Part shown: piece by piece, positions 48,806 to 63,466 of the stretch
Layout of the letters: each line of letters opens with the position of its first letter
Position numbering within the stretch: position 1 is the first letter of the stretch
NCBI GenBank assembly: GCA_964035545.1
Contig: OZ037765.1
Coordinates: 25,295,504 to 25,359,503, forward strand
Origin: Bugula neritina
Taxonomy: Eukaryota > Animalia > Bryozoa
Length of the DNA: 64,000 nucleotides
Reading direction: 5' to 3'
Position numbers and translations under genes: made by a program
The notes under the pieces: model-generated
Database searches by the model: none
What the model saw: the letters and a program-made list of their open reading frames with translations, nothing else
What the model was told of the DNA's origin: nothing

Positions 48806-49704
48806 CCTGGTGGGAGCTGAGGGCAGTTTCTCTGGAAATGTCCTGGCCTTCCGCATTCCCAGCAGAAGTGGTGCCCCATGCCTGGTGATTGTACCTGCGG
48901 CCCGCAAGGCTCACGGGCAGTATCTACCTGGCTTGGGGAGGCTAATGTGGTGACCAGTTTATCTAGCATGTCAGTCATCTGTGAGATTTTTGACGCTAGT
49001 GACATCTGGTTCACACTAGCCACCGCGGAGGGTTCCGCATTTAATTCGGTGTGAGCAGTAGAGTGCTCCGTGGTCACCTGGCGGGAGGCCACGCGGTTGC
49101 GGTGCATATGAGTCGCCAAGAGGTAGGCTTCTCCCACCGCAAGTGCATCTTCGACTGTGGTGACTCCCCTCGCTTGGAGTTGATGGTGGAGCCCCAAGTC
49201 GTTGATAGACTGCACGAAGGCATCATAAGTATACCTCTCACGGTGTACCGGAGGCAGATCGCGGAATGCAATCTGCGCTAGTGGGTACACCGTGGCAGCG
49301 TGCTCTTCTAGTGACGTGTGAGGATCACGCCGCATCCTCTGTAGACGGGCCCGCGCATCTATGGGAGAGATGCCAAAACGGGCCCGCAGGGAAGCAAAGA
49401 TTCCGTCTATGTCAGGTCCCGCTCCGTACGGCTTAGCTTTGCCCGTCAGCGCCATCCTGAGCTTGAGCAGCGCCACCCTTGGCGGCCACTCTGAAATCTC
49501 CATCACATCTTGGAATATTTGGATAAACTGCTCCACTGCTTCTTCGCCTGCGAAGGTGGGCGCCTTCATCCGGTATCTGTCTTCACCATACTCTCTAAGA
49601 ATTCTCACTTCTTCATCTAACACCACTGGTTCCACAGGTATATCAACATTATCTCTCTCACCTTCATTCAGTGGAATGGGTAGCTCCGTGCCGTCTTCTG
49701 CCAT
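48754..49704 (-). CDS. gag: Gag (capsid + CCHC zinc knuckle)
   Basis: ATG at 49704 just after the PBS. Gypsy-type capsid region (KAPTFAGEEAVEQFI...LRMALTGKA). CWECGRPGHFQRNC knuckle. Confidence 0.92.
   Translation of the reverse strand: MAEDGTELPIPLNEGERDNVDIPVEPVVLDEEVRILREYGEDRYRMKAPTFAGEEAVEQFIQIFQDVMEISEWPPRVALLKLRMALTGKAKPYGAGPDIDGIFASLRARFGISPIDARARLQRMRRDPHTSLEEHAATVYPLAQIAFRDLPPVHRERYTYDAFVQSINDLGLHHQLQARGVTTVEDALAVGEAYLLATHMHRNRVASRQVTTEHSTAHTELNAEPSAVASVNQMSLASKISQMTDMLDKLVTTLASPSQVDTAREPCGPQVQSPGMGHHFCWECGRPGHFQRNCPQLPPGLNYPGPQMFPPPAGRL
48761..48805 (-). promoter_or_regulatory. Programmed -1 ribosomal frameshift signal
   Basis: G_TTA_AAC in the gag frame (48805-48799), 5-nt spacer, perfect 10-bp stem CGGCCCGCAG / CTGCGGGCCG with a 13-nt loop. 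Confidence 0.8.
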
Positions 49705-49720
49705 GACTGCTATACGCAAG

Positions 49721-49738
49721 ATCCCACTGCTGCCACCA
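49721..49738 (-). promoter_or_regulatory. Primer-binding site, tRNA-Leu type
   Basis: TGGTGGCAGCAGTGGGAT, 1 nt inside the 5' LTR; complementary to a tRNA-Leu-like 3' end ATCCCACTGCTGCCA-CCA. Confidence 0.85.
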
Positions 49739-49739
49739 C

Positions 49740-50091
49740 TGTAGTAATTTGTGCAATTACTGAGCGTGAGTTATTTACTTGCGTATAGTTAGCTGGTTAT
49801 TCTGTTATCAATTACTAAGGTAGCTGTCGAGTAATTATATTTATTATCCACAATAAAGCATAAACCAAACATCACATCAAATTATCCTATACAAGAGTCA
49901 ACTACTAACACATGTTACTACTACAAGCCTCCGCTTACAACAACGTGATATAATGTTAATAACCCGGGAAGTGTCACGTGAATCGGAAGCATATCTTCCG
50001 GAGCTGCTAATTGGTTGCTACATAAGAGTCTAAGTATTCCAAGAGTAGGGAGAGGGCGATTCCTGTATTTGTACTTGCACTACTCACTACA
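49740..50091 (-). repeat. 5' LTR
   Basis: 352 bp, TG...CA ends. Contains AATAAA on the element strand, TCACGTGA, and an inverted CGGAAG/CTTCCG pair. Confidence 0.96.
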
Positions 50092-50143
50092 TTATTCATT
50101 TATACCCAATTATATGTTATTTTTTAGTTGAACTCTTAATAAA

Positions 50144-52736
50144 ATGGCTACGCAATATCGTTTTGGAGTAGAACCAATTACCTGCCACGCCTGGAATAAA
50201 GAGCAAACGCGTAAGTATAGGCTAATTTTAGTGATGTAATTTTAATAAATTCTTTATGTTTATGGAAATATGTAAAAAGCTAAAATGGGCATGATAGTGT
50301 ATTATTAATTTGTATGTTTACAAACTGTGGTATTAATCACTATTATGATAATATATTGTGGCATTGTAGAACTTGCCTTGTCTCCTAATAATGATGAAGT
50401 TCATATTTATGGATTGAGTGGAGGTCAATGGGTGAAGCAGCACACTCTTTCTGAACATACTCAACGAGTGACTGGCATTGACTGGGCGCCTAAAAGTAAC
50501 AGGATTGTGACATGCGGAGTGGTGAGCTATCAGAATATTGTGATGCCTTGTCAGTAATTATCATTTTGTATGCGGTAAATCAATAATGTTATGCTATTTA
50601 TATAACAGGATAGAAACGCCTATGTGTGGACTTTCAATGGGACCAAATGGGAACCAGTGCTGGTTATTCTCAGAATCAACCGTGCTGCAACTTGCGTCAA
50701 ATGGTCTCCTGAAGAGAATAAGTTTGCTATAGGTATTGGTGGCTAATTGGTGTTTGTGGTGGAATTTATTCAACATTTCAAATAACATTTTTGTTAAATT
50801 GTGCATAGTGTGCTGGAGATGAATGTTTGTTAAAGTTTTGCAACATATAATTATAGCATTGGTAAAGGCATATAAAATGTAGTGATGCATCACCACCACA
50901 GCACATTATATTTTGTTACTAATAGGAAGTGGAGCTCGTCTCATTAGCGTCTGCTATTATGAGAGTGAAAACAACTGGTGGGTCTCAAAGCACATTAAGA
51001 AGCCCATCCGATCCACTGTGACCTGTTTGGACTGGCATCCTAACAATTATCTGCTGGCCTGTGGTTCTAGCGACTTCAAAACAAGGTTTGCTTTTTCTTC
51101 ACTTTTTAAAATCTTATTGCAGCTTTGTTGCATTTTGGTAATAATTATTACCTGCAATTTATTTCAGAGTTTACTCTGCGTACGTCAAGGAGATTGAGTC
51201 GAAACCCAGTGCCAATGAATGGGGCAGCAAACTTCCTTTTGCTGCTATGCTTGGCGAATATTCAAATGGTGGAGGTGTGTTTGCACTGTTATATAATCAG
51301 TTTGTATACATCTCAGTTTAGAATGTCCGTAGCGTAGCGTGCTTGCCTTTACGTGCATAGTTATGTAAGATCTTATGCAAGTGTTTGTTTCTATGTAGGC
51401 GGCTGGGTACATGCTGTCTGCTTTTCTTCAAGTGGAACCAAGTTGGCTTGGGTTGGTCACGATTCAAGTATATCTATCGTAGATGCAGCTAATGGCTTCA
51501 AGTATGTTGCACCAATATTGTTTGCTCAATCAAAGAGAGCAGCGCATTATAATTCTAACAGTATGATGTATTTTAAAAGTATTTTTATTAATTTCGTATT
51601 AATGAATGTTTTGCAGTATTTTGACTGCCAAGACAAGCTACTTACCCTTCACCAGCTGTTTGTGGGTTACTGAGAACAGTCTTGTGGTTGGTGGATATGA
51701 TAATCTACCTCTCCTCTTCAACTGCTCTAAAGGTTAATTCAAGTTTTACCTTTTTTAAATTATGAAAATGAATTCGAAAGGTGAGGAATTGAATTTGGCT
51801 TCAGTATTGAAGTGCACCATTTTACGATTCAAGATGTAAGAATTTCTATTAAGTGTGAATGTTTGTAGCGTACAATAAAAAATAATGCTACTCTTACCAG
51901 GTGCCATAAACTTTGTAAATAAACTTGACATTCCAAAGAAATCTGGTGGCGGCAGCATGTCAGCCATGAAGAGATTTCAGCAAATGGATACTCGCGGTCG
52001 AGACAGTGAGGACAGCAAAGTGGTGACTCTTCACCAGAATGCTATTAGGTATTAGAGATCTTGTTACTGTTCATACATCATAGTTTCTGTTCTAGTGTGT
52101 CCTACAAACACCATTTGTGTAGTGCTAATGGTGATCATAGTTATGGCTAGATTAGTAACCGTGTTGGTGTTATTGCAGGCAGCTAACTCTGCACAGTGGT
52201 AGCAAGAGCTCTTGTGCTAAATTTGCTTCCGGTGGCAATGATGGACAAATCCTTGTATGGGATATCAGAGTAAGTACTATATTTAAACTTTACTTTGCTG
52301 CTTGGCACATTTATGTAAGTTTAAGACTTTATATAAATTGTAACCAAAATAATCTCCTATACACTCACCCAAGGATATATTTTAATATTCGACAATACAA
52401 AAAGAAAATCATGATCTCTTTCCCAAAATTATTATTGAAGTATTCAACTTTTCATAATGCTGAGACACTTTTGCCCTCCTTTATCATATAATTTATTTTG
52501 AGTGCATACACCTTTATACAGTTAATTTTAAGCTTTCTGGTGTTGTAAAAAAATGCTTTGTGGTGTGTGTCAAGATACTACCATTCACTATGCCCATCTG
52601 CTCATTGATAAATTTGTCAAGTGTTTTTGTCACCATGAATACGTTTTATATAACTGTTCATAAAAGTTTCAAGTAATTCTTGCACAACTTGTTTTAGACT
52701 TTGGAAAGTCAGATCGCTGGGCTGACCATTTCATAG
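50144..52736 (+). CDS. ARPC1: Actin-related protein 2/3 complex subunit 1 (p41, WD40)
   Basis: [95 protein letters not shown]; last exon [16 protein letters not shown] introns. Confidence 0.95.
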
Positions 52737-53406
52737 ACAGATGGATATTAGAAGTTAAAACTTTTCATCTTATGCTAAGTGTAGTTTGCTTCAAAATCTA
52801 CTTGCTTGATTTTACCTTGCTACCTATAACTTGTTCACAGTGATAAATAATAATCAATATTTTTTTCTAATTCTATGTGTAGATTTTTACCGAATAGCTT
52901 ACTGTTAATTTCTTTTTAAATACATCTTATTATAATGATTGATAACACTTTTAAATGTGGATTCATGTATCAAGTCAAGTCACCCAGTTGTCAATTAATC
53001 AACATGCCTAACTGTAAAAAAATTTCATGAGTTTTAATGAAAAATAAGCATAGCAAAATTCAAACATGATTAATTCAAAATATGATACAATAATGGCGTA
53101 GTGATACCTTTCAAGTAAAAAAAACTTCATGGAACTGGATTGTGACTGTAAAAAGCTAAATCACCACAATTTACTACTGCAATGGCTAATAAATAAACTA
53201 TGGTATATTATCAAAATTAGTATAAGATTTATATCAATGTAAAGAAAGTTAAAATTCAACTGCTTTATCTAATATGCATTGATATTTGAAATATTTCTGG
53301 CAAATAATGGTTTTACTCTTGGCTAGAATTAGCATGATAAGTAAGGCATTAAACTTGTACTTTAGGTCACTAAAAGACATCCGCATCTATTCGAATAGAT
53401 ATTCAC

Positions 53407-56560
<3,154 letters not shown>

Positions 56561-56930
56561 TGTACTGCAAATAATAAATTTCTTTTGCTAGAGAAATTTC
56601 AACACGGAATATCTTAAGGAAAAACACACAATGCATGGTTATGCTAGCGCTATCCAACCACAACCCAACAGTAAGTTGCCCACACAAATGAAGAAAATTA
56701 TCATTATATTATATCATGTTTTATTAACAATAAGCCTCCAACATCAATAAAAAAATCTCACAACATTTACAACAATTATACCAATAAGATAATATTAAAT
56801 ATGATGATAGTAGAGAAAACTATTGACATTTTCACCATTTTGCTTACAAATAAAATTGGAACTATGATATTTTTACAACAAAAGATTGATAAATATTTAA
56901 TAGCTTTGAATAAATGTCAATAGTCAAAGC

Positions 56931-59900
56931 TTAGTTTGAGGTGTCTAATGGGTTGCCATCTGTAAGTAATTCTTGCAAAGCTGAACATGTTTGCTGAACT
57001 CTCTCCAATTCCGTCTTGCTCTTGATACCTACAAAGACATACTTATGTAAAGTTACAGAAATTTAAGATATTTACCCATTTACATAACTGTCGTAATAAG
57101 CAATGAAATCAACAGCTATTTCAAGACATCTAACATAACTAAAAATACACATTTTCATAAAATGAAATGCAAACTAATTGTTCATAAAATGCATTGACAA
57201 AAAGTTTAGCCAAAAATGAAGTAAAGGAACATTGGGCTCTAATGTTAGCGGAAAGTTCTCTTTACAGGAGAGATACACTCACAGTTGTTTTGTAGATCAA
57301 GATGCTTGAGACATGGCATGTTTAATAACCCTCTGCAGCAGACAATTTTGTTGTTTGAGAGACTAAGAGTAGTTAGCTTCTGAAGATGGTTTAAACCATC
57401 AGCATTGATCAAATCATTATTAGAGAGATTGAGTTCAGTAACAGCATACAGTAGATGAGTGTTGTAGCATCTGGTAAGGTGTTGGCTGCTCATGTCAACT
57501 TGTGGAGTGGATAACTCTGTTATGACTTCTTCCCAAATAAACTTACTTCCTGTAAATTTGATACCAGAAATCTTTACAAAATCACAAAAATATTCAACAG
57601 ATGCTTTCAATTCAATTAAATAAAAATATTCGAAAAGTTCTAATTGAACTCACTAATAATCATGAATTGAAATATAGACTTTATGCTATGTTGAGATATT
57701 ACTATGGCCAATAATGTATCATAACCTGACAATTATTGAAATAGTGGACACAATAAAAAATGTATCTTTGTAAAGAAGTTGTTACACCTTGCTGCCTTTA
57801 TCACTACATTGAAAATTTATATTATAACTATTGCATCAAAGTCTTAGTCTCAAATTCTTGTGTCAATTTCATGATAGAAAAGTTAGGTACCTGGTAGACA
57901 CTCTCAAAAGCATTAACAAATGAGAACCTAATGTCATGTGCTGAGAGTTTAATTTCTCAGACTGTGCACCAAAGTCAACAGCACTATCAGAAACAACTAA
58001 CATAGACAACTTTGATGTTGCTTCTATATTCAAACTGCTCATCAGAAATTTGCAAAACAGCAACAGATATTTATATAGAACTCTGTTACATAAAAGCCAC
58101 TAATAAGCACGTAGATTTCAATAATGAATCTTCTCAAAATTACTACATGAGAAAAAGCATCACAACCAGGCCAGTATGTCTAATTTTCAAAATAAAAAAC
58201 AGCAAGGGAAAACCTTACTTTGGTTTAAAGCTACATGTGGAGATACTTACGAAGATCACTGTAGTAGTTCCGTCTCAACGAATCAACTTCTTCAAGTTGT
58301 TTGAGATTAGACATTATTTCATTCTTAAATTTGTTAGGGTCGATAGATTTCATCAACCAAATTATTGTCAACAGAACCCCTACAGAACACGGAATTCAAA
58401 GTAAACCGTCAGTGTTTGCTTACTTTAATCTAGCCATAATCAGTAAAAGAACGAAATCTGTTAAAAATGCAACTCAAGAGTTTACCATCAAGACCAATTC
58501 TTTTCCCCAATTTTGTATTTTAAGCAAGTTTAGACAAATGTTAACCTTTTATCAACAGCATGTATGTGAGTCAGCAACAATACATTCAAAACAGATCCTA
58601 TATATTGCTTTTCATAACATTATTGGGATGCTATGTTTTCAGTCTTCTAGATGTTAGCACTACTGTGATAGCTTTATTGTTTGGTGTCTCATGAATTGAT
58701 TGTTTAATAGCATGTATGGAGTACTTTTGCAAATTCAGCATTAATGTGAAAAAGTTTGATCCTCAAAATGACAAGCCAATAAAAAGCTGAGCAAAATTTG
58801 TGTAATTAATATTCGAAACTAGGAGATTTAAAAGAATAACTCTCTTGAGAAAAATGGGTTTTGGAATGGCAGTTTTCAGATTTCGCTTGTTTCACTACGT
58901 GACTAAGCTCAGGCAGTAAGATATGGACAATAAAACTAAAAAAGCAGAGACAAGTGATTTTGGAAATGAGCTCCTATTTTCCTTTTTTGTCAATAAAAGT
59001 TAAGATAACATCCTCAGAATTTTGACTTAATAAACAGTCAAAGTTTTATTATTGTTAAATATTTCTATCCGATAGTAATTTTTTTATTATTAAAAGGTCT
59101 CTGACTTTCTGATTTGAATGAAGATAATTCTCTATCTTGTAAAAGTGTATTTACAATGCAAAATTCCAAACCAGGTATCATCTAAGAATCCTCTAACTTA
59201 AGCAAGAAACTAGTTGGAGGAAAGTTATTCTAAATTAGAGGAATTGTGTTTCTATTGTACAAATGGGTATCTTCAGAAAGCCTCAAGTTTTTTACTACAC
59301 TGCAGACACAATTATTTATAAAAACATAACCTTGGAATTATCATAATGAAAAGTGCATCTTTTACAAGAGTCACAATGAGAATACACCAACCAGTTGCCT
59401 TACATTTATTATCAGGCTCCAGTAAAAACAACTCTTGACAGCTATCCAACTCTTGCATTAGAAGGTCAGTAGTAGTGGCAGTTAACTCATGTCTGTCAAA
59501 AAAATAAAACAAAATAACGATATACTTGGTACGCATTTACATCTTGAAGCATTCTCAACCATATAACCAGGGCACAAGGCTTATCAATTTAGTGCTGTAG
59601 ATTAAAAAAAGATGGGCTAAGAATTTACACACCTGACAACTCAACACAGTTAAATAAAATTATGTATGTACTTTTTAAAAAAAAACAAGCTTTTTGTATC
59701 AGTGAAATAGTTGAAAGTGGCAAACCTGAAATACAGTTTCATGGACCTAGCTTGTGCATCTACAACGTCGTTTAAGGTAAACTGGTATTCCTTGAGTTTA
59801 TGCTTCACTTTAACACTAGTACATTTGTCTCCAGTCAGAGAGCACCACACCGGAGAGAATACTTCATTCGATGGAGAAAACCAACTGAAGGGCAAATCGA

Positions 59901-62900
59901 CAGAATCCGATGAGGTTGTTTCAGTGACCTGCAGATGAATTAATAGGTGCATAGCTGCTGATTTGAAGGGAGTGACTGCTACTGATACTGGTGTAGTTAG
60001 TAGATATTGTGTCGAATGCAGTTTTTTACACTTACTAATAACTGCTTACAAAAGCAGGCTATTTTATTTTCAAAAAAGACCATACACAACTGCTAAAGCT
60101 TACTTTTATGTTGAATATTATGTTTTCAACACTCCACAATTATCATTCAATTTAAATGAAATTAGAAAAGCACAATATTTTTTACAAAAATTGTATTCAA
60201 GAAACCAAAATATTCTTCAGTTACCGTCAACGAATTATTACTCACTTTCACAGGCATTGAGAAGGTTAAAACCATCAGACCTTTATCTGGTAGTTCGCCA
60301 ACATTGAGCAGCTCCAATGAATTCTCAACTGTGAAAATAAAGTCACTAGCGCTTCACAAGAATACCCTTTGAAGTGATCAAGTTACAATAAATATCAAGT
60401 ATAACAAGCTGTATGTTTTGTTCATGAGTTAAAGAACCTTACCTCGTCCAAGTAACCACCTGTGATAAAACCAAGCACTTTGGTCATTGGGATCTGTAAA
60501 GAAGGCATTTTGCACCAACTCCATTTCTGTAAAACATAAAATAATTAATATATAAAAATAACACAACAGAACATGTAAAATAATACTAAAATTCGTACAA
60601 CACTAAATCATATTATTATAGGAATGTGTTACTAAGAAGGCAAACTTTACTAGATAAACAACAGAGGTTGTATTATTGCAAAATGAGTATAAAATACAAT
60701 AGAGTATAGTAGTTATTTGCAACAACCTTCAAGCAGCGTTGACTGTTGAAGCCCAGAACTGTGATTAGTTTGTGCAGAAAAAAGTTGAGGAAGCAACTTG
60801 CTTCTATAATGCCACGATGAGTAATTGGAAAAGTTACTAGCAATCTTTTCAAATGTAAACTTGAGTTCATCTTCGGGTTTAACATTTGACTGCTTGATTA
60901 TAAATCGTCTGTAGTCCCAGCAATGAACTAAAAACACACATCATACTTTTTAGATTACATATCATAGAGAAAGCAAAAAAAGATTAGGGTCAATGCATAA
61001 GGAAACTTTCATGAGCTGTGGTCAGCAATAAAGTTTTGCACAGAGAGCAAAAATAAATTGAAAAAAACCTCGTAAAGGCCTGGCCACACGATCGTGAGAA
61101 TTACACGAAATCGTCTATTTGGCACGAAAAAACATTCGTACGAGAAAATTTGAGGGAATTCAAACGAAATCGTCATCGTTGGGTGTACACAACGATGACG
61201 ATGGACGAAAATTCACAATCGACGATAAGTGCCATTTGATTGGTCAATAGAATTTTAGCAACAGTGATTATTTCATTTCTACTACGTTTCTCTATTTGGC
61301 AATTTTCTGCTGCTTGTATCTCGTGCAAAACTCATTCACGGAATAATAAAAATGACTTGTTGCCATCAAAGTGGTATATATTAGGGGTATATATATATTA
61401 TACGCGCCAAATATTTATCACAAATTTCAAAAATAGCATAAATTAAGTAGTATTACTATGCCTATTTGCATCCAATTTACTAGTCTTGTATTTATAGCAA
61501 CTGTAATGTATTTTGCGTAAAATAGCTATTGCAAGCATTATTCAATTCATATTCACATTGTAATCACAGCGAAGCTTAAACTTTATAGCTTTGTATTTAC
61601 GTGCATGAGTGAGTTTTAAATTTTTTTTTAAATTTTATACGCATAAAAAGTGTGTTTGAAAACTTTACCAATAAACAAAACTAAAAAAAATGTACACATA
61701 AAATACCAAAAAAATAACAAAAATGGCAAAATTTTTCCTTTATAACTTATATAAACTTGCGGTATCAATCTCGGCATAATGACTTTTCGTCTAACGAGCG
61801 TGTGGCTGGTCAATACGAAAAGATAACTCACGAAAATCGTTACAAGAGTTTCGTGTGATTCTCACGATCGTGTGGCCAGGCCTTAAGAATGTTTTTTCGT
61901 GTCAAATAGACGATTTCGTGTGATTCTCACGATCGTGTGGCCAGGCCTGTACACCCAACGAAGACGATTTCGTTTGAATTCCCTCAAAATTCCTCGTAAG
62001 AATGTTTTTTTGTGTCAAATAGGCGATTCCGTGTGATTCTCACAATCGTGAGGCCAGGCCTTTAAGCAATCAAATATGCACATTTTTTTCATTAAATGGC
62101 AAATTTTGTTTTACAAAATTGCACTTCGTTACATTTTGCTCAATATAATGATTTTAACTTTTGCCTCAAAAAATATCTAAAACCCAGTCCAGTGTTGCAC
62201 TTACAATTTCGCTCATCATAGGAAAGAAAAGCATTGCATAGTGAAAGTTCTCTTTCCCAATCTGGCTTTGGAGTATGCGTCATTACATAACATCTGTGTT
62301 CCCAACTACCGTATGATTTGGGATTATATTTGAGACATTCTTCCAGAAATGTCAACTCATCAGAGAACAGTGCAAGAAGTTCATCTGAGCTCCTGGAAAT
62401 CCAACGTTTACATCAATTTTTATACAGATTAGACTGTTAAAAGCTATAATGAGCAAAAGAAATAACAGAGGCTAAACTTTACTCACACCTAAGTTAATTC
62501 TTCCATTTATTTAATTTTTGCAACAGCAAGTTATAAATTTGGCATCAAGTTTAGCATTTTCTATTTATAGCCAATATTATAGTAGTTAAATCGATACAAT
62601 ATTAGTACATTTTGCTAAGACATTTTGAGTATAATACTACAGTACAAAATTTTCATGGCAGAGTATCATAACTTACACAGATTTCTGTAAAAAATTAAAT
62701 ATCTCTTTCCTGTAATTCCACAAGGTGTATACATCTGGATTTTTGGAAAGCACGCCACTGGTGAGTTTGAGGGCTTCCACATCATATTCCCCAGCAGCTC
62801 TCTGTGTAACAACAAAATATAAATACAAAGACAAAACACTTGCGTCAACAAAGTATGAGCTGACTAAAAAACAATCATGATTTTGATGCACTAACCTTAG

Positions 62901-63006
62901 CAAAGATTTTATCAGTAGCAGCTTGGTAAAGTTTTTGTTTTTTTAATCTCTCAATACGTTTGGCTTCTTCTTGCTCTTCTGTGGTCTTTACTTTTAATCT
63001 TCCATG
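56931..63006 (-). CDS. RABGGTA: Rab geranylgeranyltransferase type II alpha subunit (5'-incomplete: ATG on an upstream exon not identified)
   Basis: ag|[99 protein letters not shown]-terminal leucine-rich repeats; stop at 56933-56931. Confidence 0.94.
61076..62061. mobile_element. PIF/Harbinger-type MITE cluster: one complete copy (61076-61883) plus two inverted left-end fragments
   Basis: About 35-bp TIR AGGCCTGGCCACACGATCGTGAGAAT(T/C)ACACGAAA. TAA TSD at 61073-61075 and 61884-61886. Further TIR copies end at 61948 and 62061. Confidence 0.85.
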
Positions 63007-63266
63007 CTAAAACCATAATTCTTTGTTTCTTTTTGTGTTGAAATAGTTTGATGCAGTGCATATTAATGCGCAAGTTGGCTGAGTAATTGAACATATAAGC
63101 AGGAAATTTGAATGTTGAAAACTTTTTCTTAGTGTGTTCTTCATAGAGAAAATTTGAGAATTGCCAAGTACCTAGTGTACTTCCATAAATATCAAATTTT
63201 CTATGATTAGTGTGCACAAGTTTTGAAATTTCAGCCTGCTGTGACATTCTCATTAAAAAGATATAA

Positions 63267-63466
63267 ACTCACGCTAGTTTATAGTCACCATCCCCGTAAG
63301 AACCCCTGATGAAAAGGGTTTTTTGTTAAATCGAGCTAAGGACTTATTTCATATGTGGTACAGGAGCAATTATGACTGGATGCTCTTCCTAACGTCACCA
63401 ATGGCCTTTGTTTGGGTTCGAACCCATGACATTGTGCTTACTAGGCAATCACTCTAACCCCTAGAT
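63267..63466 (-). mobile_element. tRNA-derived SINE, copy 2, with TSD
   Basis: Reverse complement aligns with 17604-17800. B-box GGTTCGAACCC. Flanked by the direct repeat CATT(A/C)AAAAGATATAA (63251-63266 and 63467-63482). Confidence 0.85.

Larger units (their letters stand above)
44829..50091 (-). mobile_element. Ty3/Gypsy-type LTR retrotransposon, non-autonomous (5263 bp)
   Basis: Two 352-bp LTRs with TGTAGT...ACTACA ends, 4-bp TSD TTAT (44825-44828 and 50092-50095), PBS, PPT, gag, deleted pol and an extra ORF. Confidence 0.97.

Noticed and set aside
45406-49744. Plus-strand and alternative-frame ORFs inside the LTR element (e.g. 45406-45768, 47808-48245, 49361-49744)
   Set aside because: Shadows of GC-rich coding sequence on the opposite strand or frame, with no recognisable motifs.
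58690-59300. Possible DNA-transposon remnant in a RABGGTA intron
   Set aside because: No matching termini identified.
61076-62061. Repeated ~35-bp units superficially like a CRISPR array
   Set aside because: Eukaryotic context; the units are transposon TIRs in both orientations and the intervening DNA is itself repeated.
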